A program made the translations under genes and the position numbers. A DNA stretch of 64,000 nt, taken from contig CAWANH010000028.1 in assembly GCA_963783375.1 (NCBI GenBank), positions 1,472,001 to 1,536,000 of the forward strand. The letters run 5' to 3'. The notes below the pieces were generated by a model. It was given only the letters and a program-made list of their open reading frames with translations. It ran no database searches and was not told the DNA's origin. Shown here one piece after another: positions 18,049-27,827 of the stretch. The stretch comes from Candidatus Eiseniibacteriota bacterium. GTDB taxonomy: Bacteria > Eisenbacteria > RBG-16-71-46 > JABDJR01. Position 1 is the first letter of the stretch, and each line of letters opens with the position of its first letter.

Positions 18049-19651
18049 ATGCGGGACCTCAATGACATGCTCAGGTCGATCAAGCTCCTCCTGATCGGCC
18101 TCACCTTGATTTCGGTGGGGGTGGTGTCGGGCCTTCTTCTCTCCACCACCCTTCCCCTGGGCCAGCCCCGGACCAGAGCGACGCTGGCGTCGCCGGCCGC
18201 GGTGCCGCCCCCCGTCCGGTCCGAAGCGGCCCCGGACCGGCCGGACGCCCGCAGGCTCTCCGTCCCGGGGGCGCTCACCACCCATCCCGAGGACGCCGAA
18301 GCCCCGCTCACCAGCCCCTTCACCGGGCTGGCCAAGCGCGTGGTGCCTGCGGTGGTTTCGGTGGAGAGCCGAAAGATGATGAACCACCCCCACATGACCG
18401 GCCCCCAGGCCGATCTCTTCCGGCGGCTCTTTCCCGATCGTGGGGGTGACGGAAACGACGAGGGGGACGATCAGATCGAGGTTCCCTCCTCGGGCTCCGG
18501 GTTCATCATCGATGACGCCGGCTACATCTTCACCAACGACCACGTGGTCTCGGGCTCGGACAAGCTGACCGTTCACCTGGCCGACGGACGCACGTACGAA
18601 GCCTGGCTGGTGGGAACGGATCCGGGTACCGACGTGGCCATTCTCAAGGTGGATCCGGCGGAGGGGGATCCGCCGCTTCCTACCCTTCCGCTCGGCGATT
18701 CCGACGAGGTGGGGGTCGGCGACTGGGCCATCGCCATCGGGAATCCCCTGGGCGAGCTGGAGGGAACCCTCACCGTGGGGGTGATCAGCGCCAAGGGCCG
18801 AAAGGACCTTCGCATCGCCGGAGGCGGACCCGCCTACCAGGACTTCATCCAGACCGACGCCTCGATCAACTTCGGGAACTCCGGGGGACCGCTCATGAAC
18901 GCCCGGGGCGAGGCGATCGGGATCAACTCCGCCATCAATCCCACCGCTCAGGGCCTCGGTTTCGCCATCCCCATCAACATGGCCCGCAAGAGTGGGGATC
19001 GAGCTGATCCGGACCGGCACCGTCCGCCGCGGCTACCTGGGGATCGTGCCCCAGGAGGTGACCCAGGACGTCCGCGACGCCTGGGACATGCCGGGAGTGG
19101 GGGGAATCCTGGTGGGGAGCGTCGAGGACGGCACCCCGGCCAAGGAAGGCGGTCTCGAGGTGGGGGACGTGATCCTCGAATTCAACGGGAAGACGGTAGG
19201 CGACGTCTCCGACTTCCGGGAGGCGGTGGCCGAGGCCGGGGTCGGGGTGGACGTGCCGGTGCATTTCCTCCGGGACGGGAAGAACCTGAACATCCACGTG
19301 GTCCTGGCCGAGCGCCCGGACACCGTGGAGCCGCCGCCGATCCACGACGCCACCGGGGAGGGTCACTGGCTGGGGGCGGAGACCAAGGATATCGATTCCG
19401 GCCTGGTGGACCGGTTGGAGCTCTCGGTCAAGAAGGGGGTGGTGGTCACCGACGTCACTTCCGGCACCCCGGCCGACCGGGGAGGGCTCCGGGTGGGGGA
19501 CGTGATCCTGGAGGTGAACCGCCACGACGTGAAATCCAGGAAGGAACTGGACCGGGAGCTTTCCGCCGCCAAGGACGCGGGAAAGCCCATGGTCTTCCTG
19601 GTCCGGCGGGGGACGACCACCACCTTCGTGGCCGTCCGCCTGGAGCCGTGA
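18049..19651 (+). CDS. HtrA/DegP serine protease (trypsin + 2 PDZ), split by a frameshift near 18991
   Basis: SGSGFII, TNDHVV and QTDASINFGNSGGPL lie in one frame. The PDZ part (RGYLGI..., WLGAET...) continues in the 18992 frame. Confidence 0.88.
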
Positions 19652-19705
19652 TCTTGCAACTTGTTACAGTGTAGTCAGGTAAGCGTCGCTGTCGGCGCCG
19701 GCGGC

Positions 19706-19734
19706 TTGACAGGGGACGGGGCCGCTGGTAAGAT
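19706..19734 (+). promoter_or_regulatory. Sigma70 promoter
   Basis: TTGACA-17 nt-TAAGAT. Confidence 0.75.
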
Positions 19735-19958
19735 CTGTCGGGTTTTTGAGGGAATCCGAGTGGCTCCCCCGGGTTTCCTTTCCACGAGCGGGTTCCGCTC
19801 GCGCGGACGGGGAGGAGCGGGGGATGAGTCCCCCGGGAGGATGTCGGGGTTCCGCGCCCTGCCGCCGCATCGGCCGCGGTCACCGTGCCCCCGGAGAACC
19901 GGACGAGGGGCCTGAGCCTCGGGTCCGATCCCCACTGAAATGAGGCTTGGAGGCCGCG

Positions 19959-20888
19959 TTGGCGCACCAGCAGGGTCAGCACCACAATCCCGTCCCGATC
20001 ACCCGGTCGGCCGCGCGGATCGGGCGGATCGCGGCGTTCGGACTCAACCTCATGGTGGCGCTGAGCATCCTGGCCCTGGCCAGCGGCAGCTTCGCGGTCC
20101 GGACCCACACCCGCACCCTCGACACCGACGACCTCCGCCAGGAAATCGCCACCCACAAGGAAGCCCTCCAGGTGGAGCTGGTCGATCTCAACCAGAGCCT
20201 CGACAGCGTGTTCCAGGAGCTTCTGGCCGCCCGCGGGGTGGCCGGGAGGGCGCGGTCCCTGATCGGCCTGAGCGGCCAGCCCGAGACGGACCTCCCCGTC
20301 GGTTCCCCGGAGCTGGTGGGGGCGGCCAACCTCGTCGCCCTCTCCGACAGCAGCCTGGCCGGCGCCATGCTCAACTCCGCGGTTCAGGTGGAGGAGACGC
20401 TCCAGGAGGCACGCCAGCTCAAGTCCTCCTTCGAGGAGATCCTGGCCGGCATGGAGGCCCAGGGGGCGAGCTGGGCCCGCATCCCCTCCCTTCGCCCCGT
20501 GGTTCACGCCCGCCTGAGCAGCGACTTCGGTTTCCGCCGCGATCCCTTCACCGGGCGGATCGCGCTCCACAAGGGGCTGGACCTCGCCGCTCCCCGGGGC
20601 ACCGCGGTCCACGCCCCCGCCGAGGGGCGCGTGGTCCGGGCCGGCCGCTACCACGGCTACGGCCTCCTGGTCGAAATCGACCACGGAAACGGCATCCATA
20701 CCCGCTACGGCCACAACTCGCGGTTGGCGGTGAGCCCCGGGCAGATGGTGCGGCGCGGCCAGGTGATCTCCTACGTGGGAGCGACCGGCCGGGCCAGCGC
20801 CCCCCACCTGCACTACGAGGTTCTGGTTCACGGGAGCGCGGTGAACCCCGAGCCCTACATCCTGCCCGATTTTCTCCGCGCCGATTGA
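19959..20888 (+). CDS. M23 family metallopeptidase with a TM segment and coiled coil
   Basis: HKGLD, YGH and GRASAPHLHYEV. TTG start follows GGAGG. Confidence 0.9.
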   Translation: MAHQQGQHHNPVPITRSAARIGRIAAFGLNLMVALSILALASGSFAVRTHTRTLDTDDLRQEIATHKEALQVELVDLNQSLDSVFQELLAARGVAGRARSLIGLSGQPETDLPVGSPELVGAANLVALSDSSLAGAMLNSAVQVEETLQEARQLKSSFEEILAGMEAQGASWARIPSLRPVVHARLSSDFGFRRDPFTGRIALHKGLDLAAPRGTAVHAPAEGRVVRAGRYHGYGLLVEIDHGNGIHTRYGHNSRLAVSPGQMVRRGQVISYVGATGRASAPHLHYEVLVHGSAVNPEPYILPDFLRAD

Positions 20889-20923
20889 GCGCCCGCCCGC
20901 GACGCGCTAGAGTCACCCCCGAC

Positions 20924-22236
20924 ATGACCCGGAAGCTGTTTGGATCTTCAACCGCCGTGCCCGGCGCGCCCGGGCCGCGGATCCTGTTTGCTCTCGTCGC
21001 CCTTCTCCTCACCGTGGGAAGCGCGCTCCCTCTGCTCGCCGCCACCGTGACCGACATCCGCTATTCCTCCAACCGGGAGCGGACGCGGATGGTGCTCGAC
21101 CTCGACTCTGCGGCGAACTTCACCCACCGCCCCCTCGACGACCCACCCCGGGTGGTGGTCGAGCTTCCCGGATCGAGCTTCGGGTCCGGGGCGGCCCCGT
21201 TCTCGATCGGGGACGGGTACGTCCAGCGCGTGCGGTTGAACGATCTGCGGAGCGGGAAGATCCAGGTGGTCCTGGATCTGGAGAAGCCGCTCGACTACTC
21301 GGTGCTGGTGCTCAAGGGCCCCGACCGGATCGTGGTGGACGTGAAGCACGCGGGGGCCCCGGCCCCGCCGGCCGCTGCTGGGTCGGGCTCCGGCTCGGCG
21401 ACGCGAAGCAGGGCGCCGGTTCGGGGGATCACGCCCCGTCCTCCACGAAGCCGTCCCCGGACGCCGGCGCGCCCGCCGAGGCCTCGGAGGAGGAGGCGCC
21501 GAGCGTTCCGGTGGCGATTCCCGCTCCCCCCCGAAAGGGGCCCTGGGTGATCGCGGTGGACGCCGGGCACGGGGGCGACGACACCGGAGCCCACTACCTG
21601 GGCACGAACGAGAAGGACATCACCCTGGACCTCAGCCGGGAGCTGGTGGACGAGCTCAACCGGCGCTCCGGGGTCCGGGCCTACATGGTGCGGCGGGGGG
21701 ACTACTTCATCCCGCTCTACCAGCGGCGGACCATCGCCCACCAGGACTCCGCCGATCTCTTCGTGAGCCTCCACTGCAACGCGAGCCGGAAATCGGCGGC
21801 CAAGGGGACCGAGGTGTACTTCCTGTCGCTGAAGGGGGCGAGCGACGAGGCGGCGAAGGAATTGGCCAAGCGCGAGAACGAGGTGGACGAGAGGATGGGG
21901 GTGGCCCCCGAGGCCCCCGACCTGGACCAGATCCTCTTCAACATGCGCCAGACCGACGTCCTGGCCAAGAGTCAGATCCTGGCCGAGACCTGCCTCCAGA
22001 GCCTCTTCAAGCTGGGCACGGTCTACGACCGGGGGGTGAAGCAGGCGGGGTTCGCGGTGCTCAAGTTCACCGACATCCCCTCGGTGCTGGTGGAGGCCGC
22101 GTTCATCTCCAACCGCCAGGAAAACCGGCTGCTTCGAAGCGGCAAGTGGCAGCGGGACTTCGCCCGCACCATGGCCGACGGGATCGAGTCCTACTGCAAG
22201 AACGTGGACCGGGCCGAGCACATCGATCACCGGTAG
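20924..22236 (+). CDS. N-acetylmuramoyl-L-alanine amidase (AMIN + Amidase_3), split by a frameshift near 21397
   Basis: The AMIN domain (TRMVLDL, PPRVVVEL, PDRIVVDV) is in one frame. DAGHGG..., FVSLHCNA and PSVLVEAAFISN are in the next frame. Confidence 0.87.
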
Positions 22237-22257
22237 GGCGCCGGGACGTCCCCCCCT

Positions 22258-22341
22258 CGCTTTTCCGACTTTAGTTCTTTTGACTCCGCCGGTGGCCGCC
22301 CTCCTCCCTTTCCCGACTTTAGTGTTTTTGCCGCCGCCGGT
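22258..22341. repeat. Two-copy 36-bp direct repeat (period 48 bp)
   Basis: 22258-22293 and 22306-22341 are 30/36 identical, with core CCGACTTTAGT. Confidence 0.8.
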
Positions 22342-22431
22342 CGTGGAGGCAAATTTTTCGCGGGATTGCGCGCACTCGCTGACCTTTGATTGAAATGCCC
22401 CGCTTTTTCCCCTTCCGGAGCGGCCTCGTCT

Positions 22432-22458
22432 TAAGTCCCGTGAAGCCCGGGCCGATAC
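22432..22458 (+). promoter_or_regulatory. Sigma28 (FliA/WhiG)-type promoter
   Basis: TAAG-N15-GCCGATAC compared with consensus TAAA-N15-GCCGATAA. Confidence 0.65.
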
Positions 22459-22520
22459 GAACGGGACACGGCGGCCCGAGCCCGGACCATGAGCCGTAGT
22501 CACCGCACCGGAGGGATGGG

Positions 22521-22886
22521 ATGAAGATCGAAGTCGAACGCCAGGAGCCCTGGACCGTCCTCGCCCTGGACGGCGACCTGGACACCGACGCCGGCCCCGG
22601 CGTCTATCTCCAGTTCCAGCGCGAGCTCCTGAGCGGCCGCACCCATTTCATGATCGATCTGGACGGCGTGCGCTTCGTGGACAGCTCCGGCCTGGGAGTG
22701 CTGGTGCGCTGCTATCGGGACGCCCGAAGCCGTGGGGGCGAGGTGTGCTTGAAGAAGGTACCGATGCCGATCGAACGCATTCTCGAGTTCACCCGCCTCG
22801 ACTCCATCTTCCGCATCGACGGAGAAGGCGTCGGCGACGCCGGCGCGACCGGGGGGGCGGGCGGGGTGAGCCGGAAGGCGGCGTGA
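22521..22886 (+). CDS. STAS-domain anti-anti-sigma factor
   Basis: LDGDLD...IDLDGVRFVDSSGLGVL, which includes the phosphorylatable Ser motif. Confidence 0.9.
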   Translation: MKIEVERQEPWTVLALDGDLDTDAGPGVYLQFQRELLSGRTHFMIDLDGVRFVDSSGLGVLVRCYRDARSRGGEVCLKKVPMPIERILEFTRLDSIFRIDGEGVGDAGATGGAGGVSRKAA

Positions 22887-23338
22887 TGCGCGTCGCCGTG
22901 GCCAGACTCAAGAGCCCGGTCCTGGAAGTGCTTCTCTTCCGGGTGGGTGGAGTGCTCTACGGGGTGGAGCTGGGACAGGTCGTGGGCCTGGTCCACGACG
23001 TTCCCGATGCCCGGACCGAGAGCACCGGGGGCGATCCCCACATCATGCTCTTCGAGGGGCGGCCGGTTCCGGTCTTCCCCCCCGAGGACTTCCTCTACAC
23101 CACCGGGCCCGCCGGGGACCGCCACCACGAGGCGATCATCTTCGACGACGGCTCCGGCCTCTACGGGATGTCGGTGGAATCCACCGAATCGGTGCGCGAG
23201 GTGACCGCCGGGGACGGTCTCTACGTGTTTCCTCCCCAGGAGGCCACCGACGACGCGCCCTGCCGCACCTGGGGCATGCTGAACCTGGGGCAGAAGCCGG
23301 TCCTCCTCCTCGACATGAGCCGCGTCGCGGTCCACTGA
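22886..23338 (+). CDS. CheW-like domain protein
   Basis: LLFRVGGVLYGVELGQV...FEGRPVPVF...YGMSVES...PVLLLD. Start overlaps the STAS stop (TGATG). Confidence 0.7.
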   Translation: MRVAVARLKSPVLEVLLFRVGGVLYGVELGQVVGLVHDVPDARTESTGGDPHIMLFEGRPVPVFPPEDFLYTTGPAGDRHHEAIIFDDGSGLYGMSVESTESVREVTAGDGLYVFPPQEATDDAPCRTWGMLNLGQKPVLLLDMSRVAVH

Positions 23339-23486
23339 CCGCCCCCGCCGCCGCCTTCCAACCCGCCGCTTTCGTCCCCGATCTCCTTCCCGCGTCACCT
23401 TGCGCCGGATCCCGCGTCCCTCCGGGAGGACGTGGACCTCCGACCCGAAAGAAGGCGCCTTCCGTCTCCATGGTACGATTCGAGAT

Positions 23487-25961
23487 ATGAGCCAACGCAA
23501 TGGAGCCGTACGTATCCCGGTCAAGGGGATGACCTGCGCCGCCTGCGCGGCCACGGTGGAGAAGGGGTTGAGCGGCCTCGCCGGCGTGACCTCGGCCGCG
23601 GTCAACTTCGCCACCCGGGAGGCGCAGCTTCGGGGGCTCCCCGAGGGCGGCCTCGACGCGGTGGTGAAGCGCGTCCGGGATGTGGGCTACGACGTCGACA
23701 CCGAGATCCGCCGCTACCGGGTGGAGGGCATGCACTGCGCCTCCTGCGTGGCCAAGGTGGAGGGCGAGGCGGCCAAGGTCGATGGGGTGCTCGAGGCCTC
23801 GGTGAACCTGGCCGCCGAAGAGCTTCGGGTCAAGGCGCTGGGCGGGGTGGTCACCGACGACGCCGTCGCCCGCGCCATCGAGGCTGCGGGCTATCGCATG
23901 GTCTCCGTCGCCTCCGACGACGCGCCGGAGCGGGACGAGGCGCGCCCGTGGCGGCGCCGGTTCCTCTTCGCCGCCCTCTTCACCCTTCCCATTCTCCTGG
24001 AGATGGTGCGGGGGTGGATACCGGGGGCCCGCGACTGGCCCCAGAGCCCGGTGTCGTGGGCGCTCCTCGTTCTGGCCACGCCGGTCTACCTGGCGGCCGG
24101 CTACCCGTTCCATCGCGCCGCGCTCCGGGGGATCCGCCACGGCGCCGCCGACATGAACACCCTGATCTCGGTGGGCACCACCGCCGCCTACGTCTACAGC
24201 GCGATCGCCACCGTGGCTCCCGGTCTCCTCGCCCGCCACGGCGCGGTCCCCGGGGTGTACTTCGACAGCACCGCGGTCATCATCACCCTGATCCTCCTCG
24301 GCCGCTGGATGGAGGCGGGCCAGCGGGACCGGACCCGCTCGGCGATGAAGTCCCTGGTCGGGCTTCGCCCCGACACCGCCCGCCGGGTGACCGAGGGGGT
24401 GGAGGAAGACGTGGCGGTGGCCGCCCTTCGCGCCGGGGACCAGGTGCGGATCCGACCCGGCGAGCGCGTCCCGGTGGACGGGGTGATCCGCGAGGGCTAC
24501 ACCTCGGTGGACGAGTCGATGGTCACCGGGGAGCCGATCCCGGTGGACAAGGAGGCGGGGAACGAGGTCATCGGCGGCACCCTGAACGGCTCCGGCGGCG
24601 TCCTGGTCGAGGTGACCCGGACCGGCGACGACACCACCCTGGCCCGGATCATTCGCCTGGTCCGAGAGGCCCAGGGCGCCAAGGCCCCCATTCAGCGCCT
24701 GGCCGACCGGGTGGCCGCGGTCTTCGTTCCCGCGGTGATCGGGGCGGCGGTCGTCACCTTCGCCCTCTGGCTGGTGTTCGATCCGAGCCACAGCGTGGCC
24801 CGGGCCCTGATCCCGTTCGTGGCCGTGCTCATCATCGCCTGCCCCTGCGCCCTCGGGCTTGCCACCCCCGCCGCCATCATGGTGGGGACCGGAGTGGGCG
24901 CCCGCCGCGGCATCCTCTTCAAGGGCGGCGACGTCCTGGAGCGGGCGGGGAGGGCGCGGACGGTGGTGCTGGACAAGACCGGCACCGTGACCCTGGGGCG
25001 CCCCGCTCTCACGCTCATCGAGGCTTCGGCGGAGGTGGCGGTTCCCGCCGGGGGTCCGGCCCCGGCCGCCGACCTGCGCGCCCGCGAAAACGAGCTCCTG
25101 GCCCTGGCCGCGGCGGTGGAGCGCGGATCGGAGCACCCGATTGCCCGCGCGGTGCTGGCCGAGGCACAGGCCCGCGGGCTGGTCGTCCCCGAGGCCACCC
25201 TGTTCCAGGCCCGGCCCGGACGCGGGGTCGTGGCCATGGTGGACGGCGAGGACGTGCGGGTGGGGACCGAGACCTACCTGCGCGAGGAGAAGGTCGATCC
25301 CGGGGAATGGGGAGAGAAGGCCCGGGCCGCCGCCGCGCGGGGGATGACTCCGCTCCTGGTGGCCCGCGAGAAACGGATGCTGGGGCTCCTCGGGGTCTCC
25401 GATCCACTGAAGCCGGAAGCCCGCGAGGCGGTGAAGCGGTTCGCCGACCTGGGCCTCGAGGTGTGGCTGGTGACCGGGGACCGGGAGGAGACCGCGCGGA
25501 CGGTGGCCGAGAGCCTCGGGATCGAGCACGTCCGGGCCGGAGTGCTTCCGGGGGAGAAGGCCGAGGTGGTAGCCGGGCTCCAGGCCGGGGGACGGGTGGT
25601 GCTCATGGTGGGGGACGGGATCAACGACGCCCCCGCCCTGGCTCAGGCCGACGTGGGGATCGCCCTCGGCACCGGGACCGACGTGGCCCTCGAGACCGCG
25701 CCGGTGGCGCTCCTCTCCGAGGACCTTCGCGCTGCCCCCGCCGCGGTACGGCTCAGCCGGGCTACCCTCGCGGTCATCAAGCAGAACCTCTTCTGGGCTT
25801 TCGGCTACAACGTGGTGGGGATCCCGCTGGCCGCGGGGGCGCTCTACCCGATCCTGGGCTGGCAGCTCAGCCCCATGGTGGCGGCGGCGGCGATGGCCAT
25901 GAGCTCGGTTTCCGTCCTCACCAACTCGCTCCGGTTGCGCGCGCTCGATCCGTGGAAGTAG
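23487..25961 (+). CDS. copA: Copper-translocating P1B-type ATPase
   Basis: Two HMA motifs (GMTCAAC, GMHCASC), TGE, CPC, DKTGT, SEHP, GDGIND, YN and MAMSS. Confidence 0.93.
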   Translation: MSQRNGAVRIPVKGMTCAACAATVEKGLSGLAGVTSAAVNFATREAQLRGLPEGGLDAVVKRVRDVGYDVDTEIRRYRVEGMHCASCVAKVEGEAAKVDGVLEASVNLAAEELRVKALGGVVTDDAVARAIEAAGYRMVSVASDDAPERDEARPWRRRFLFAALFTLPILLEMVRGWIPGARDWPQSPVSWALLVLATPVYLAAGYPFHRAALRGIRHGAADMNTLISVGTTAAYVYSAIATVAPGLLARHGAVPGVYFDSTAVIITLILLGRWMEAGQRDRTRSAMKSLVGLRPDTARRVTEGVEEDVAVAALRAGDQVRIRPGERVPVDGVIREGYTSVDESMVTGEPIPVDKEAGNEVIGGTLNGSGGVLVEVTRTGDDTTLARIIRLVREAQGAKAPIQRLADRVAAVFVPAVIGAAVVTFALWLVFDPSHSVARALIPFVAVLIIACPCALGLATPAAIMVGTGVGARRGILFKGGDVLERAGRARTVVLDKTGTVTLGRPALTLIEASAEVAVPAGGPAPAADLRARENELLALAAAVERGSEHPIARAVLAEAQARGLVVPEATLFQARPGRGVVAMVDGEDVRVGTETYLREEKVDPGEWGEKARAAAARGMTPLLVAREKRMLGLLGVSDPLKPEAREAVKRFADLGLEVWLVTGDREETARTVAESLGIEHVRAGVLPGEKAEVVAGLQAGGRVVLMVGDGINDAPALAQADVGIALGTGTDVALETAPVALLSEDLRAAPAAVRLSRATLAVIKQNLFWAFGYNVVGIPLAAGALYPILGWQLSPMVAAAAMAMSSVSVLTNSLRLRALDPWK

Positions 25962-26378
25962 GCCCCCGCGGTTCGCCGGTCGCGGGGCGGCATTCACCCG
26001 GGTGAACTCGAGGCGCGGCCTCCCAGGCCCCCGTTCGCGCTCCCACGCCCGGCTCGGGAGGAGCGGGCGCCTGCCCCGATCCGACGAGCGGCCTCTTCGG
26101 CGGGACGGGTGTGAACGGGCATGCTCGGCAACGACGACGTGGTTGCCACGGCCGAGTGAACGGGCCCCGTTCCGTCGAAGGAGAGCGCGAAGGAGCGTCC
26201 GGTGGACGGTCCGAGCGCTCGCGCCCGAGGAGGATTGGGGCACGGCCGGGACGATCCGAGCCGGGCGGTGCGGGTCGATCGAGCCGCCGACCTTCGGCGC
26301 TGTTCCAGGAACGCGGACCCGGGTACACTCGGTGATCGTCGCCCTCACCACACCTCGATCCATGGACGGGAGCGCTTC

Positions 26379-27773
26379 ATGCACCTCGAATTCCACGGCG
26401 CCGCGCGGGGCGTGACCGGCTCGCGCCATCTGCTCCAGGCCAACGGACACAAGATCCTCCTCGACTGCGGCCTCTTCCAGGGGCGGCGCGAGGAATCCGA
26501 GCGGTTGAACCGGAAGTTCGGCTTCAACCCGCGCGAGATCGACGCGGTGGTGATGAGCCACGCCCACATCGATCATTCCGGGGCGCTGCCGAGCCTGGTG
26601 AAGAACGGGTTCGAGGGCACCATCCACGCCACCCTGGCCACCGCCGACCTCCTCACCGTCATGCTCCGGGACAGCGCCAAGATCCAGGAGCACGACATCA
26701 AGTACGTGAACAAGAAGCGGAAGCGGAAGCACGAGCCTCCCAAGGTGCCCCTCTACACCATGGAGGACGCCGAGGAAGCGATCGCCCTGGTGGAAGGCCA
26801 CCGCTACCACCGGCCGGTGCCGGTGGTCCCCGGGATCACCGCCACCTACTACGACGCCGGGCACATCCTGGGCTCGTCCACGGTGCAGCTCGAGATCACC
26901 GAGGGAAACGAGAAGCGCGTGCTGGTGTTCAGCGGGGATCTGGGGCGAAAGCACCTTCCCATCCTCCGGGACCCGGAGACCCCGCCCGAGGCCGACGCGC
27001 TGATCATCGAGAGCACCTACGGCGATCGCGAGCACGCCCCCATCGAGGACGTGGACGACCGGCTGGCCGGGATCATCAACCGGGTCCACGCGGAGAAGGG
27101 GAAGCTCATCATCCCCGCCTTCGCGGTGGGCCGGACCCAGGAGCTGGTGTACTCCATCGCCCGGCTCATCCGCGCCAAGCGGATTCCGCCCTCGGGGGTC
27201 TACGTGGACAGTCCCCTGGCGGTGAACGTGACCGACATCTTCGCCCGCCACCCCGAGTGCTTCGACGCGGAGATCCGCGCCGTTCTCCGCCGGACCGGAG
27301 ACCCTTTCGGGTTCGATCTCCTGGAATACGTGCGGAGCGTGGAGGAGAGCAAGGCGCTGAACCTGCGGAAGGGTCCCTTCATCGTGATCTCGGCCAGCGG
27401 CATGATGGAAGGCGGCCGGGTCCTCCACCACCTGAAGAACGCCATCGGCGACCCCGCCAACCTGATCCTGATCGTCGGCTACCAGGCCGTTCACACCCTG
27501 GGTCGCCGCATCCAGGACGGGGCGGACGAGGTCCGTATCTTCGGCGAGCCCCACGAGCGGAAGGCCCAGGTCGAGGTGATGAACGAGTTCAGCGCCCATG
27601 CCGACCGGAACGAGCTCATGGCCTGGGTGCGGGAGTTCAAGCGGATGCCGAAGAAGGCGTTCGTGGTCCACGGGGAGGAGAGCCAGAGCCTGGCCTTCGC
27701 CAGGCGGCTCCAGGACGATGCGGGAATCGGCGAGGTCGTGGTCCCGGCGATCCATCAGAAAGCGGAGCTTTGA
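26379..27773 (+). CDS. MBL-fold beta-CASP ribonuclease
   Basis: VTGS, LLDCG, SHAHIDHSG, AGHILGS, ESTYG, FAVGRTQE, FSAHAD and VHGE. Confidence 0.92.
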   Translation: MHLEFHGAARGVTGSRHLLQANGHKILLDCGLFQGRREESERLNRKFGFNPREIDAVVMSHAHIDHSGALPSLVKNGFEGTIHATLATADLLTVMLRDSAKIQEHDIKYVNKKRKRKHEPPKVPLYTMEDAEEAIALVEGHRYHRPVPVVPGITATYYDAGHILGSSTVQLEITEGNEKRVLVFSGDLGRKHLPILRDPETPPEADALIIESTYGDREHAPIEDVDDRLAGIINRVHAEKGKLIIPAFAVGRTQELVYSIARLIRAKRIPPSGVYVDSPLAVNVTDIFARHPECFDAEIRAVLRRTGDPFGFDLLEYVRSVEESKALNLRKGPFIVISASGMMEGGRVLHHLKNAIGDPANLILIVGYQAVHTLGRRIQDGADEVRIFGEPHERKAQVEVMNEFSAHADRNELMAWVREFKRMPKKAFVVHGEESQSLAFARRLQDDAGIGEVVVPAIHQKAEL

Positions 27774-27827
27774 GCATCGCCCGCCGGGGCATCGGCCGGC
27801 CGACACGGGACCGCGGGACCACCCGGC

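Noticed and set aside
18980-19000. Programmed ribosomal frameshift in degP
   Set aside because: There is no slippery heptamer or known precedent, and a sequencing indel is more parsimonious given two similar cases nearby.
22258-22341. 36-bp repeats as a mini CRISPR array
   Set aside because: There are only two imperfect copies with a 12-nt gap, and no cas genes.
23136-27806. 1556-aa minus-strand ORF and the many other long antisense or alternate-frame ORFs (e.g. 40849-43587, 12094-14484)
   Set aside because: These are shadow ORFs expected in high-GC DNA. They are Arg/Pro/Gly-rich, lack motifs and overlap well-supported genes.
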